In this document: one piece after another, positions 38,898-49,782 of the stretch
How positions within the stretch are numbered: the first letter of the stretch is position 1
Layout: each line of letters begins with the position of its first letter
Assembly: GCA_002359025.1 (NCBI GenBank)
Contig: DEPZ01000001.1
Coordinates: forward strand, 1 to 52,880
Source: Erysipelotrichaceae bacterium UBA3379
Lineage (GTDB): Bacteria > Bacillota_I > Bacilli_A > Erysipelotrichales > Coprobacillaceae
Reading direction: 5' to 3'
Length of the DNA: 52,880 bases
Translations under genes and position numbers: made by a program
Notes under the pieces: model-generated
Seen by the model: only the letters and a program-made list of their open reading frames with translations
Databases searched by the model: none
Told to the model about the DNA's origin: nothing

Positions 38898-39552
38898 AAT
38901 TTTCCTCCATGTTATTTTTTAGTGTTTGAGCATATATTTGATATGCTTTTTCATTAATATGTAGTCCATCTTTAAAGTATTCTTCTATTGGTTGTCCCTT
39001 TTTATTACATAATGCAGGATAAACGTTAATGAAATGAACATAATCGTATGGAATCATCTTTTTATACTCTTTAAATACCATTTTTAATATATCATTGCTT
39101 CTGATTCCAGGTGTAACTTTATATCCATGATATTTTTCAAGACAAGGAATACAGCTAACAACATGAATTTGACATTGAGGTAAATTGTAATGTATGATTT
39201 CTACCATTTCTTTAACATGTAATGCTATATTTCTTGGACTTGACATTTCTGTATTACCCAAATCATTTGTTCCAATCATGATAAAAACACGAGATGGTTC
39301 ATATTTAATAACACCCTCATCAATAAAATTCAACAATACAGAAGATGTGATTCCACCTATTCCACAATTATATACATTTCCTAAATCTCCCATATACTTT
39401 TCAACATCAAATCCTTGAGTAATAGAATCCCCATAAAAAACAGTTCCACCTTTTTGATGACTTTTTTGTTGTTGTATAATTTCTAACATTCTTTCTAATA
39501 CAGATTCTCTTAATTGATATCTATTTGTATCATAAATCATACTTTCTCTCAT
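38881..39552 (-). CDS. SGNH/GDSL hydrolase
   Basis: Blocks YGDSITQG, GTNDL and DGLHIN. Confidence 0.75.
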   Translation of the reverse strand: MRESMIYDTNRYQLRESVLERMLEIIQQQKSHQKGGTVFYGDSITQGFDVEKYMGDLGNVYNCGIGGITSSVLLNFIDEGVIKYEPSRVFIMIGTNDLGNTEMSSPRNIALHVKEMVEIIHYNLPQCQIHVVSCIPCLEKYHGYKVTPGIRSNDILKMVFKEYKKMIPYDYVHFINVYPALCNKKGQPIEEYFKDGLHINEKAYQIYAQTLKNNMEENYATIL

Positions 39553-39555
39553 TTG

Positions 39556-39876
39556 TTATCCTCCTACAAACAAAACTTGTACACATAGCATATAAATCAT
39601 TGTTGCTCCAAAGATTGATAATAATGTATTACGTTTCCATAAATGCAATAATACAACACTTAAAACACCTATAACTTCACATATACCATGATTTCCATGC
39701 ATGAAATCTACGCTTTTTAAACAATATACAACAAGCATTGCCATAATAGAAAAAGGTAATACATCTCCTAGGTATTCTACTATCTTATTGTTGTGTTTTT
39801 TAAATAGTACAAACGGCAATACTCTTGTTAGAAATGTGATGATTGCAATAACACCAATAAGAACAAGTTCATACAT
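39556..39876 (-). CDS. azlD: Branched-chain amino acid exporter small subunit AzlD
   Basis: 106-aa, 3-4 TM protein that overlaps and follows an AzlC-like gene. Confidence 0.75.
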   Translation of the reverse strand: MYELVLIGVIAIITFLTRVLPFVLFKKHNNKIVEYLGDVLPFSIMAMLVVYCLKSVDFMHGNHGICEVIGVLSVVLLHLWKRNTLLSIFGATMIYMLCVQVLFVGG

Positions 39877-40555
39877 GACTCATCCCTCCTTTTTTATACA
39901 TCACTATCAAAATTATAATGATAGATATCATTGAAGGTATAATAAAGGAATCGGCCCCAAATACTATTAAACATAAAATACTGATAATAAAACCTATATA
40001 TGTATAAATATGTTTATGAGGTGTTAGAAACTGTTCTAATACAATTACAATAAATAATGCAGTCATCGCAAAATCTAATCCTTTTGTATTGATTTGTAAT
40101 AAAGAACCTATACATGATCCTATAATACCACCAATAATCCAATAACATTGATTAAAGAAAGAAATAAAAAATAAATAATACTTTTCATCACATCCTTTAG
40201 GAGCTTTTGAAGAAACTAATAATGAATATGTTTCATCTGTTAATGAAAATATCATATATGGCTTTAATTTTCCCATTCCTTCAAACTTTTTTATCATGGA
40301 TAAACCATAGACCAAATGTCTTGCATTAATCAATAATGTCATAATAATTGTAGTTATAATTGTTGCACCTGATGTCAATAAATCAATTGCTACAAACTGC
40401 ATGCTTCCTGCATAAATAAATACGCTCATAATCAGTGCATAAAAAACACCATACCCTTTACTTTCTAATAATATTCCAAACGCCATGCCTAAGACTATGT
40501 ATCCCATCATAATCGGCACAGAAGCTAAAAGGGCTTCTTTTATTGTTATCTTCAT
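39869..40555 (-). CDS. azlC: Branched-chain amino acid exporter AzlC
   Basis: 228-aa polytopic membrane protein paired with azlD. Confidence 0.8.
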   Translation of the reverse strand: MKITIKEALLASVPIMMGYIVLGMAFGILLESKGYGVFYALIMSVFIYAGSMQFVAIDLLTSGATIITTIIMTLLINARHLVYGLSMIKKFEGMGKLKPYMIFSLTDETYSLLVSSKAPKGCDEKYYLFFISFFNQCYWIIGGIIGSCIGSLLQINTKGLDFAMTALFIVIVLEQFLTPHKHIYTYIGFIISILCLIVFGADSFIIPSMISIIIILIVMYKKGGMSHV

Positions 40556-40812
40556 TTTTTCACCCCAAATCTATATTTTGTATTATTTTAACACTATAGG
40601 AGTATTTTGTCATATAAATTTAGTCAATAGAATTGAGTTAAATTATTTATTTGACAAGATTCGTTATTTTCGTATTGATAGCTATCTTGAAATTTATTTC
40701 ATAATAGATAGAGTATATATCAATAATTAAGAAGATAAAAATTCACTGTAACTTTAAAATAAAGAAAGACTAGAAATCAAAACATTTCTAATCTTCCTTT
40801 TAAAAACAACAT

Positions 40813-41790
40813 CTAAACATTTAATAATTTTAAATACATCTCTTGTTCCTCTTTTGAAATATTTAAAATATCCATCGCCTTTGTATAGCCAATATTCATA
40901 TTTATTGATAAATGAATAATAGCATCCATCATCTTTTTGTTATTATGTTCTCTCTCCATTTGAATACCTTGTTCTATGCCTTGTTTCATGCCTTGTTTCA
41001 TGCCTTGTTCTATGCCCTGTTTCATACCTTGCTCCATTGCTTTATTTCTAGCTTCCTCTATTCTAGCTCTTTGCTCAAGCTCCTTATGATATTCATTAAA
41101 CAGCCTCAAATCCTCGTCATTCTCGCTTAAATAAAATGTTATCTTTCTTTCCATAATTCTTGTCACCTCCGTTATTTTCCCTACTCTCTTCTCACTTTTT
41201 ATTATATCATATATATTGCTTTTAGCAAATATATAGATTAACTTTTCAAATTCACTTATATTTTCTATACCCTTTTGCTTAACAATTTTATCTATACTTT
41301 TAAGAAAAATCTCTACTCTTGTCCATGATTGCGTTGTAGTTCGACACTTATCGTCCTTAAACATGCTACATCTCTTTAAATCATCATTGTCCCCATGACT
41401 ATTAATGAATAAAATCTGAAGCACTTTTCTTGCTTCGTCATAATTCTTCACTCCAGCAATAAATATTTTAGACATATACATATCAAACCTAATTCCCATT
41501 TCATGATAAGTTTGATTTTGCATTTCCATATTAACCTTTATTTCATCACCCACATCAAAAAGTGCATCACAAATCATTTCCTTTTCATGTTCCTTTGTTG
41601 AAAAATGAGTATTGATACTGTAAATTTTTTGATACTGCATATCTAGTATTTCCTTTAACAGTAGATTGCATAGATATAAGCTGTCTTTATCCTGCGATAA
41701 GAAAACATACTTGAAGAATCTATCTCTTGTAAACATAAATTCTATAAGCTTGGGGTCCTTGAAAAAATTATTTTTCATAAATTCATTCAT
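40813..41790 (-). CDS. Rpn-family recombination-promoting nuclease / PD-(D/E)XK 'putative transposase'
   Basis: N-terminal nuclease core (CDALFDVGDEIKVNMEMQNQ) and the characteristic C-terminal EQG/KQG repeat region. Confidence 0.7.
   Translation of the reverse strand: MNEFMKNNFFKDPKLIEFMFTRDRFFKYVFLSQDKDSLYLCNLLLKEILDMQYQKIYSINTHFSTKEHEKEMICDALFDVGDEIKVNMEMQNQTYHEMGIRFDMYMSKIFIAGVKNYDEARKVLQILFINSHGDNDDLKRCSMFKDDKCRTTTQSWTRVEIFLKSIDKIVKQKGIENISEFEKLIYIFAKSNIYDIIKSEKRVGKITEVTRIMERKITFYLSENDEDLRLFNEYHKELEQRARIEEARNKAMEQGMKQGIEQGMKQGMKQGIEQGIQMEREHNNKKMMDAIIHLSINMNIGYTKAMDILNISKEEQEMYLKLLNV
40967..41038. repeat. Six in-frame 12-bp tandem repeats inside the Rpn gene
   Basis: CCTTGTTCTATG / CCTTGTTTCATG variants x6, encoding (M/I)(E/K)QG repeats. 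Confidence 0.9.
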
Positions 41791-41860
41791 ATTTCCTCCT
41801 CCAAAACCTACCCCTACTTATATATACACACATTTTTTTCATTTTTCTTTTTGAATAAAA

Positions 41861-41905
41861 ATTTCATAGAAAAGAAAAACCTAAAACTCATTTGTTTTCA
41901 ATAAG
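41861..41905 (-). terminator. Terminator of the HAD gene at 41988-42659
   Basis: AAACCTAAAACT (41867-41878) pairs with AGTTTTAGGTTT (41894-41905); a U-run follows on the minus strand. Confidence 0.7.
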
Positions 41906-41987
41906 TTTTAGGTTTATGATATAAATTTATATTTTCTAATCAATATAATTCTTTTATTTTCTATCTTATGTTTAAATTTTCAAATAC

Positions 41988-42659
41988 TTACTTGCTATAT
42001 TCCTCACTTTCCTTTGATAGCATTTCAATAGTGCTCTTTAATTCTTCTATATGAGAAACAATATAATCACAATCATATTCTTGAAATTCTTCTCTACTCC
42101 CATAACCAAAGAGAACGCCAATACATGGTATTTCATTTTCATGTGCACCTATAATATCATGTTTACGGTCTCCTACCATAATACAATCATGTGAGTCTAA
42201 GTGTTCTTGTTGTAAACAATATGCTATAACTTCACCTTTCGCATTTCTTGTACCATCTAATTCACTACCATAAATACCTTTAAAATAATGATCCAAATGA
42301 AAATATTGAAGTATTTCTCTAGCAAAAACAACAGGTTTACTTGTACATACATATAGTTCTTTCCCTTGATCTACAAAATCTTTTAACATACTTTCTATAC
42401 CTTGATAGACTTCATTTTCAAATATTCCTTTATCTCTATAGTACTCTCTGTATTTATCTACAGCTTTTAAACTATCTTCATTATTCATATGATAATATTC
42501 TTGAAAAGAATCTACTAAAGGTGGTCCTATAAAAACCTTTAAATCTCCTAAATCTGTTACTTCTATACCAAAAGATTTCAAACTATATTGGACTGATTTT
42601 GTGATACCAAGAAATGGATTTGTGAGTGTTCCATCTAAATCAAATAATATCTTATTCAT
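41988..42659 (-). CDS. HAD-superfamily hydrolase (phosphoglycolate phosphatase/PpaX-like)
   Basis: FDLDGTL motif I, TSK, GDRKHD. Confidence 0.85.
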   Translation of the reverse strand: MNKILFDLDGTLTNPFLGITKSVQYSLKSFGIEVTDLGDLKVFIGPPLVDSFQEYYHMNNEDSLKAVDKYREYYRDKGIFENEVYQGIESMLKDFVDQGKELYVCTSKPVVFAREILQYFHLDHYFKGIYGSELDGTRNAKGEVIAYCLQQEHLDSHDCIMVGDRKHDIIGAHENEIPCIGVLFGYGSREEFQEYDCDYIVSHIEELKSTIEMLSKESEEYSK

Positions 42660-42693
42660 AATACACCCCTACTACATTATAACATTTATAAAT

Positions 42694-42732
42694 AAAAAAG
42701 CGAAAGAGATGTTTTGGGGAAACATCTCTTTC
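42694..42732 (-). terminator. tdk terminator
   Basis: Perfect 13-bp stem GAAAGAGATGTTT (42702-42714) / AAACATCTCTTTC (42720-42732); a U-run follows on the minus strand. Confidence 0.8.
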
Positions 42733-42829
42733 TTAGGGATATATGATAGATTTGAGGGGAATCAATACTATCGTATTTGTCTTTCGACACGATTAATATA
42801 AATGAGAAATATGTACTGAAAATGAACTT

Positions 42830-43429
42830 TTAAATATTTTTGAATTTTTTTGGTTTATTTAATATTTCATGACAATGACGACATCTTGGTTCATAATGAT
42901 CTACCGCACCTACAAGTACAATTGGATCTTCAAAAGATGCTGGTTTACCATCTACAAGCCTTTGTGTACGTGTTGCTGGTGCTCCACATTTTGCGCAGAC
43001 AGCAGTTAATTTTGTCACAAATTCAGCGCGTGTTAAAAGTTCAGGTAAAACGCCAAAAGGTTCACCTCTAAAATCTTTATCCAATCCAGCTACCATAACT
43101 CTTAATCCTTTATCTGCAAGATATTCACATACATCTACAATATCTTGATCAAAGAATTGTACTTCATCTATTGCGACAACATCTGTATCTGATTTTATAT
43201 AATTTAAGATATCCTTAGAATTTTCTACAACAATACAAGGAACTCTTGTTCCTGCATGTGATACAATTTCTGTTTCTGAATAACGATTGTCTACTTTAGG
43301 TTTAAATACAATAATTTTCTTTTTTGCAAATGATAATACATTAATACGTCTAATGAGTTCTTCTGTTTTTCCGGCAAACATACAGCCACAAATGACTTCT
43401 AGCCATCCTTCTCTATATTGATTATACAT
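42830..43429 (-). CDS. tdk: Thymidine kinase
   Basis: P-loop [11 protein letters not shown]; C-terminal zinc ribbon CAKCG...CRHCH. Confidence 0.95.
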   Translation of the reverse strand: MYNQYREGWLEVICGCMFAGKTEELIRRINVLSFAKKKIIVFKPKVDNRYSETEIVSHAGTRVPCIVVENSKDILNYIKSDTDVVAIDEVQFFDQDIVDVCEYLADKGLRVMVAGLDKDFRGEPFGVLPELLTRAEFVTKLTAVCAKCGAPATRTQRLVDGKPASFEDPIVLVGAVDHYEPRCRHCHEILNKPKKFKNI

Positions 43430-43528
43430 TTTTCATTCCTCCACAAATATCCATTATACAATAAACCTTTTGTCTTTTGTACATATTTCATTCATAATTG
43501 TTCTTTATAATGTGTTCAGGTGATAAAA

Positions 43529-43915
43529 ATGAATTGGCTTAGAAATTTTATGTATGGTAGATATGGTGTGGATCAATTGGGTAATTTTTTATTTATTGCT
43601 TATATTGTTTTATTTGTTTTATCTTTATTTATTCCTTTCTTATCTTTACCAGCTTATGTATTAGTTATTTTTTGTTTGTTTAGAATGTTTTCTAAACAAC
43701 ATTATAAGCGTAGCTTAGAAAATCAATTCTACTTAGAAAAAACAACTGGTATAAGAAAATTCTTTAACCGCCAAAAGAATAGATGGATATATAGAAAAAC
43801 ACATAAATATTTAAAATGTCCTCATTGTCATCAATATTTACGTGTACCTAGAGGAAAAGGTGAAATAACTATTACATGCCCAAAATGTCATAAACAATTT
43901 GATAATCGTACTTGA
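43529..43915 (+). CDS. Membrane protein with C-terminal zinc ribbon
   Basis: ATG 43529 follows AGGTGA. Two TM segments, then CPHC...CPKC. Confidence 0.6.
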   Translation: MNWLRNFMYGRYGVDQLGNFLFIAYIVLFVLSLFIPFLSLPAYVLVIFCLFRMFSKQHYKRSLENQFYLEKTTGIRKFFNRQKNRWIYRKTHKYLKCPHCHQYLRVPRGKGEITITCPKCHKQFDNRT

Positions 43916-43969
43916 AAGGCACAGTTGTGTCTTTTTTTTGTTATAGAAAAAGCTGGAAACTCGTCCAGC

Positions 43970-45340
43970 TTAAGTTCTTAAATCTTTTGTACTTTGTAAT
44001 GGATTGACCTGTTGATCACTACGAGCAGGATTTGCAAACTTACTGTATTGTTTTAAGAATACAAGTCGTATATCAGCAAGTGCACCATTACGATGTTTTG
44101 CAATAATGATATCTGTTGCCCCTTGTGTTTCTGCTTCCTTGTTTGGATTTTGATAATCTTCACGATGAATAAAAGAAACAATATCGGCATCCTGTTCGAT
44201 AGCTCCTGATTCACGCAAGTCAGATAGAACAGGTCTTTTATTATCACGTTTTTCTACCGAACGTGATAACTGACTCAATGCAATAACTGGCACACGTAAT
44301 TCTCTGGCAATCATTTTTAATTGTCTTGAAATATCAGAAACTTCTTGTTGTCTTGATTCTCTACTATTTGCAGGTCCTGAGATTAACTGTAAATAGTCGA
44401 TAATAATCATCTTTAGTCCATGATCTCTTTGTAATCTACGACATTTTGCTGCAATTTCTCCTACACGAATACCTGGTGTATCATCAATGTATAGATTACA
44501 TTTTGATACTTTGTCAGCCGCAGCATAATAACGTTCATTACTTTCTTTTAAAATAGAACCTGATCTTAGAGATTCTGCTTTTAAACTTCCAGCCGAACAA
44601 ATAATACGTTGAATTAATTGTTCAGCAGGCATTTCTAGTGAAAATACAGCGACTGCTTCGTCTGACTTATATGAAACATTATATGCCACATTAAGAGCAA
44701 AAGCTGTTTTCCCTACAGATGGTCTCGCTGCCAAAATAATTAAATCACCACGTTGAAAACCAGAAGTTAATCTATCTAAATCATAATATCCAGTCTTCAC
44801 TCCAGATATTTCTCCATCTTGTTTTTGCAACATAATCAATCGATCCGTAACGCTTTGAATAACTGATTTAACATCTTTAAATTCACCGGCATTACGATCT
44901 CTTGTTACATTTAAGAAATTCTTTTCTGCTTCACCTATAAAATCATTGATATTATCTATTTCACCATATGCATTTTCTATGATTTGAGTAGATTGTTGAA
45001 TTAATTTTCTAAGTAAAGACTTTTCATTTAATATCTTTAAATAATGATGACTATGAGCAGTCGTTGGAACAGATTCACTTAATTGTAATAAGTATTCTAC
45101 TCCACCAATCTTATCTAATGATTTTTTATCCATAAGATAAGATGTCAAAGTCGTTACGTCCACTGGATTATTCTGACTATCTATTGCTTTCATAGCTTCA
45201 AAGAGAATACGATGGCCTTCAAGATAGAAATCGTCCGGTGTAGCTAAACTTAAAATCTCATTGCATGCATCTTTAGATATCAACATTGATCCAAGCAATG
45301 ATCTTTCTGCTTCTATGTCATGTGGATATTCCCTTGCCAT
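43970..45340 (-). CDS. dnaB: Replicative DNA helicase
   Basis: 456 aa: DnaB N-domain plus RecA-like core (AARPSVGKTAFALN, IIIDYLQL). Confidence 0.96.
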   Translation of the reverse strand: MAREYPHDIEAERSLLGSMLISKDACNEILSLATPDDFYLEGHRILFEAMKAIDSQNNPVDVTTLTSYLMDKKSLDKIGGVEYLLQLSESVPTTAHSHHYLKILNEKSLLRKLIQQSTQIIENAYGEIDNINDFIGEAEKNFLNVTRDRNAGEFKDVKSVIQSVTDRLIMLQKQDGEISGVKTGYYDLDRLTSGFQRGDLIILAARPSVGKTAFALNVAYNVSYKSDEAVAVFSLEMPAEQLIQRIICSAGSLKAESLRSGSILKESNERYYAAADKVSKCNLYIDDTPGIRVGEIAAKCRRLQRDHGLKMIIIDYLQLISGPANSRESRQQEVSDISRQLKMIARELRVPVIALSQLSRSVEKRDNKRPVLSDLRESGAIEQDADIVSFIHREDYQNPNKEAETQGATDIIIAKHRNGALADIRLVFLKQYSKFANPARSDQQVNPLQSTKDLRT

Positions 45341-45351
45341 CTTATTCCTCC

Positions 45352-45798
45352 TTATTTTTCATGTAAATGAACTTTAATAGTTGCAATAACTCCTTTATAT
45401 AATTCAATATTTAATTTTGTATAACCTAATGCTTGAATTGGATGTGCATTAATAAACTTTCTTTTATCTATTTTAATTCCATGTTTTTTCATTAATTCTT
45501 CTGCAATATTTTTTGTAGAAACACTTCCAAATGTTCTTCCATCTTTACCAGAAGAAATAGGGAATTCTAAAGTAATAGACTCAATTGTTTCTTTAAGTTT
45601 TTCTGCTTCTTTTTTCTTTTCTAATTCTAATAATCTTTGTTCTTCTTTTTCCTTAGCAACCATTTGTTTTCCATGTTCAGTTGCAAGAATAGCTAAATTA
45701 TTCTTAATTAAAAAGTTTTGTCCATATCCATCAGCAACCTTTACAATATCCCCTTTCTTTCCTACTTTCTTTACATCTTGCAATAAAATTACTTTCAT
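45352..45798 (-). CDS. rplI: 50S ribosomal protein L9
   Basis: [25 protein letters not shown] is the canonical L9 N-terminus. Confidence 0.95.
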   Translation of the reverse strand: MKVILLQDVKKVGKKGDIVKVADGYGQNFLIKNNLAILATEHGKQMVAKEKEEQRLLELEKKKEAEKLKETIESITLEFPISSGKDGRTFGSVSTKNIAEELMKKHGIKIDKRKFINAHPIQALGYTKLNIELYKGVIATIKVHLHEK

Positions 45799-47768
45799 CC
45801 TATTTCACCTCTATCATCTAAATATTCACTAATCTTTTCTTCCAATAGAAGTCTTACATCTTCTATTGTTTGATTTTCAAACTGAGCAGCAGCCATACTA
45901 AAATGTCCACCACCACCCATACTTTCCATAATCATTTGAACATTAATATCCTTTGCACTTCTTGCACTTAAAGCAATCATATTCTTAGAAATACGACCAA
46001 TCGTAAAAACTGCTTTAATGCCACTCACTTCTAGTAGTGAGTTCCCTGCTTTGGCTAGCATTGTTCTTGTATATTCTTCTTGTTCATCACCACAAGCAAT
46101 CAATATATGATTATTATATTGATATGCACTTTGTGTTATAGAAAGCTTTTGTAATGTTTCTTCATATGAATCTTGTAAAAATTCATATGCCTGTATCATA
46201 CTTGCTTGTAATTCTTTTAAATATGCCGCAGATTGGAAAGTACGAACACCCACTCTTTGTCTAAAGTAATTGGTATCCACTAACATACCTGCATACATAA
46301 TTGTTGCATCTAATTCATTAATCTTCAAGTCTATATGTTGATATTCACATAACTCTACTATTAACTCTACGGTACTAGAAGCTCCTGGTTCTAAGTATGT
46401 CAATGTTGGTGCCACAATGAACTCTTCGCCTCTACGATGATGATCAATAACAACTTTTGTTCTAATACGGTCTAACAATGCACTAGATATTGCTAGACTT
46501 GGTTTATGATTATCTACAACTATCAATAGTGTATTCTTATCAACATGTTCTAATGCTTCTGCAGCAGTAATAATGAGATTCTTATACTTTGGCATAGATT
46601 TTACCATCACTGCAACATCTTTTGTCTTTTGTTCTATAGAATCAAAATCCAAAATAATTCTTGTTTTCTTACCATAAGTCTGAGCAATCTTGGCAACTCC
46701 AATCGAAGCTCCAAAAGAATCTAAATCAGAATTTTTATGCCCCATAATATAAACTTGACTTGAGTTTTTAATCAAACCAGCAAGTGATTGCGCTATAATT
46801 CTTGCACGAACCTTACTACTCTTTTCAAAAGTATCTGTATTACCACCAAAGAATTTAACATTTTCATCTCCTGATTTAACAGCTACCTGATCTCCACCAC
46901 GCGAATAAGTTAAATTCAATGCAGCAGAAGCCATCTCATCTAATTCTCTTAATACTCTAGAGTCTCTTCCTATACCAATACTTAATGTCATTACTTCTTC
47001 TAATTCTTTAGACATTTCTTTAAATGTATCTAGTATAGCAAATTTGTTTTCTACTTGTTTACGATAAATTCTTTCATTAAAGAAAGCCAAATATCCTCCT
47101 GATTTAAATCTACGAATAATCATCCCATTAGAATAGGCCCAATCAACAATCACTTGACGTGATTTAGATTGAATAAGTGCCATTTTAGGTTCATCTGCAT
47201 TTTCTAATGTTTCTTCATAGTTATCGATTGTAATATAAGCCATACAGACTTGTTGATCTGCATAATCTTGTTGTAAAGATAGAAACTGAGTGACATCTTT
47301 TAAATAAATAAGTTTTGTTTCTTTACTATTATAAGCTTCAAATTTTCGTCCTTTGATATCTATGACTTTGACATCTTCATCATCAAATAAAGATATTAAA
47401 TGAGGTTGCCACTCTAATAATTTAACACCTATAATATTAATATTTAATTCTTTAAACAAATCACTTGTCCATGTAATATTTCTATTTTCATCATATTGAA
47501 TCAAACCAATACCACCAAATAAAAATGCATTCTTTGCATCTGTATCCAATACCGCAGCAACACTTGTATTATTGGTTTCTATTAAATATGCTAAATAAGC
47601 TAACAACACACATAGAATAATATTCTTTATAAAAGCATAAATAGACAAAATAAACAATAAAGAAGTATTAAATAGAAGATACAAACCAAATAATAAAGTA
47701 CATTCCCCAAACAATAAAGCGACTATTATATTTCTCATTTGAACAGCTTTCTTTATCATAACATGCAC
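45795..47768 (-). CDS. gdpP: c-di-AMP phosphodiesterase GdpP (TM-PAS-degenerate GGDEF-DHH/DHHA1)
   Basis: 657 aa with two N-terminal TM segments, DHH motif (VIDHHRR) and GGGH at the C-terminus. yybS-gdpP-rplI-dnaB synteny. Confidence 0.88.
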   Translation of the reverse strand: MHVMIKKAVQMRNIIVALLFGECTLLFGLYLLFNTSLLFILSIYAFIKNIILCVLLAYLAYLIETNNTSVAAVLDTDAKNAFLFGGIGLIQYDENRNITWTSDLFKELNINIIGVKLLEWQPHLISLFDDEDVKVIDIKGRKFEAYNSKETKLIYLKDVTQFLSLQQDYADQQVCMAYITIDNYEETLENADEPKMALIQSKSRQVIVDWAYSNGMIIRRFKSGGYLAFFNERIYRKQVENKFAILDTFKEMSKELEEVMTLSIGIGRDSRVLRELDEMASAALNLTYSRGGDQVAVKSGDENVKFFGGNTDTFEKSSKVRARIIAQSLAGLIKNSSQVYIMGHKNSDLDSFGASIGVAKIAQTYGKKTRIILDFDSIEQKTKDVAVMVKSMPKYKNLIITAAEALEHVDKNTLLIVVDNHKPSLAISSALLDRIRTKVVIDHHRRGEEFIVAPTLTYLEPGASSTVELIVELCEYQHIDLKINELDATIMYAGMLVDTNYFRQRVGVRTFQSAAYLKELQASMIQAYEFLQDSYEETLQKLSITQSAYQYNNHILIACGDEQEEYTRTMLAKAGNSLLEVSGIKAVFTIGRISKNMIALSARSAKDINVQMIMESMGGGGHFSMAAAQFENQTIEDVRLLLEEKISEYLDDRGEIG

Positions 47769-47771
47769 CTC

Positions 47772-48671
47772 CTAAATATCTTTATTATACAATATATTCC
47801 TTCTTAAATCACTAAATATATCAAGTATTCCACTCGCCACATATAACACAGAATTCACAACCGGAATGAATACACCTATAAATACTAATATCATCAGCTT
47901 GTTTTTCTTCTTTAGTATACACAACCAACATAAAAATGCAAATCCTTGTACAGCTAATGTCAACATACTTAACAAATAAATATAATCAATCCATATACTA
48001 CTGATATAACGACTTAAAAAATAAGAACCAAACATACTTATAATCAATATCCAACCTACATTTTTAGATATATGCAATAAGGCAATATGAAAAACTCCTG
48101 GAAATTCTATTTTTAATCTTTTGAGAACAATCTGACATAACATCATAATAATATACATCTCTAATGCTGAGAGAATGATCATAAGTAATGGGAACAATGA
48201 CATAAATGTCTGAATAGTTATTTGTTGGTGAATTGCTGGATAAATTGTTTCTACCATAGAATATATTTCTTGCATTTCTTGATATAAATCTATTTGTAGT
48301 AAACCAGCAAAAACTTGATAAATCAATATATTTTTCAATAATGATGCAAGAAATGTCACGACAACCATTATTGATTGTTTGGCTTTTCTTTTCAAAGCTT
48401 CTGCTATAAAGAGACCTATAATACATGATGAAAACGCAGAAATAATGAAAAATGGTAATCCCACTAATCCTATGACAATCAATGAAACAATACATACAAT
48501 GATATTATCTTTTAAACCATATTGATATCCATACCATACAATAGGTATAGTCATGACATAACAAATCAATATATCAAATAAACTTCCTGTATAAGTATTG
48601 AATAAAGATAATGCTCCAAACATCGAAGCAATCATAGCACCTTGTACTAACTTTCTTGTTTGATTATTCAT
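47772..48671 (-). CDS. YybS-family (DUF2232) membrane protein
   Basis: 299-aa polytopic protein directly upstream of gdpP, as in Bacillus. Confidence 0.75.
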   Translation of the reverse strand: MNNQTRKLVQGAMIASMFGALSLFNTYTGSLFDILICYVMTIPIVWYGYQYGLKDNIIVCIVSLIVIGLVGLPFFIISAFSSCIIGLFIAEALKRKAKQSIMVVVTFLASLLKNILIYQVFAGLLQIDLYQEMQEIYSMVETIYPAIHQQITIQTFMSLFPLLMIILSALEMYIIMMLCQIVLKRLKIEFPGVFHIALLHISKNVGWILIISMFGSYFLSRYISSIWIDYIYLLSMLTLAVQGFAFLCWLCILKKKNKLMILVFIGVFIPVVNSVLYVASGILDIFSDLRRNILYNKDI

Positions 48672-48704
48672 AATGATCCCCTTTTTTCATATTATACAAT
48701 ATTT

Positions 48705-49619
48705 TTAATCATTTTCAATTGTCTTATCATACTGCTCCATTGCTTGTTTTGTGATGATTTCATCATCACATTTTCCACAATCACTACAACCATTACAAAT
48801 CAATCTAGAGCCACATTGTTTACAATGTTCTCTATAGTGAGGTGTATACCATTCTTGAAATAAAGAATAAGATTCTAAATTATAATCTATTGGTTTCCCT
48901 TTATGTTGTAGTCTAGAAAGATAAGCGAGTTTAGCTTGTTGTCTTTTAGAAGGAATATGATATGTTCTTCCATCTTTGACATAATAAGAACCTGTTTCTA
49001 TAAAACAAAAAAGAATATCATAGTATTTTGCTTGTTTATATAAGCTAACAATCCAATCATGGTGGCATGGTCGTGTTCCACCATAATTTTCACCACCTAC
49101 GACAACTTGTTCTATTTGAGAAGTTGCTAAATACTTTGATATATCTATTTTACCAATTAATGGTGCACACATAATGCCTTTATGTTTTGCTGGAGTTTCT
49201 AATAAGATAGGTATTCTTTCATCAGCTCTAGCTTGATTTTCACAGGTTACATTTAAAATTACATTTTCATAACCTTCATTCCAATCTTTAGGTAAGCATT
49301 GTTGTAAACGAGATGCACGTTTGGTTAATATATAGAATTTCACATCACTTCTTTTTCGAATGATTGACCAGACTTCATCTCTCCATGCATCTGCTTCTTC
49401 CAAGCAAAAATCAGAAGTCATGCATACACGAATCATTTCACCACTTTTTACTTTATATTCGTTGTTTTTATCTTTACTTAAAGGATAATCAAAGTTTTGG
49501 GTTTTATATATAGATGCACCATCTTTATCATACATCTGATCCATATAATACATATAACAATTTTGACATCCTTCACTGATTTTATAACATCCATGCCAAG
49601 GATTCCATATATCATGCAT
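48705..49619 (-). CDS. DUF5131 (phage Gp37/Gp68) family protein with a C-terminal Cys-rich extension
   Basis: N-terminus WNPWHGCYKISEGCQNCY is the family hallmark. The tail is CKQCGSRLICNGCSDCGKC. Confidence 0.8.
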   Translation of the reverse strand: MHDIWNPWHGCYKISEGCQNCYMYYMDQMYDKDGASIYKTQNFDYPLSKDKNNEYKVKSGEMIRVCMTSDFCLEEADAWRDEVWSIIRKRSDVKFYILTKRASRLQQCLPKDWNEGYENVILNVTCENQARADERIPILLETPAKHKGIMCAPLIGKIDISKYLATSQIEQVVVGGENYGGTRPCHHDWIVSLYKQAKYYDILFCFIETGSYYVKDGRTYHIPSKRQQAKLAYLSRLQHKGKPIDYNLESYSLFQEWYTPHYREHCKQCGSRLICNGCSDCGKCDDEIITKQAMEQYDKTIEND

Positions 49620-49782
49620 ACAACCACTTCCTTACATACAGTATACTTGACAAAAAGAAGGACATCAACTCTAAATAAATAATATAATCTTTTAGAAAAA
49701 GGGTGACTTATGAAGATATTATTGATAAAATGAGCCAAGAAATAGTTAAGTTATATGTATTAAATAAGTAAAGAATGAAAAG

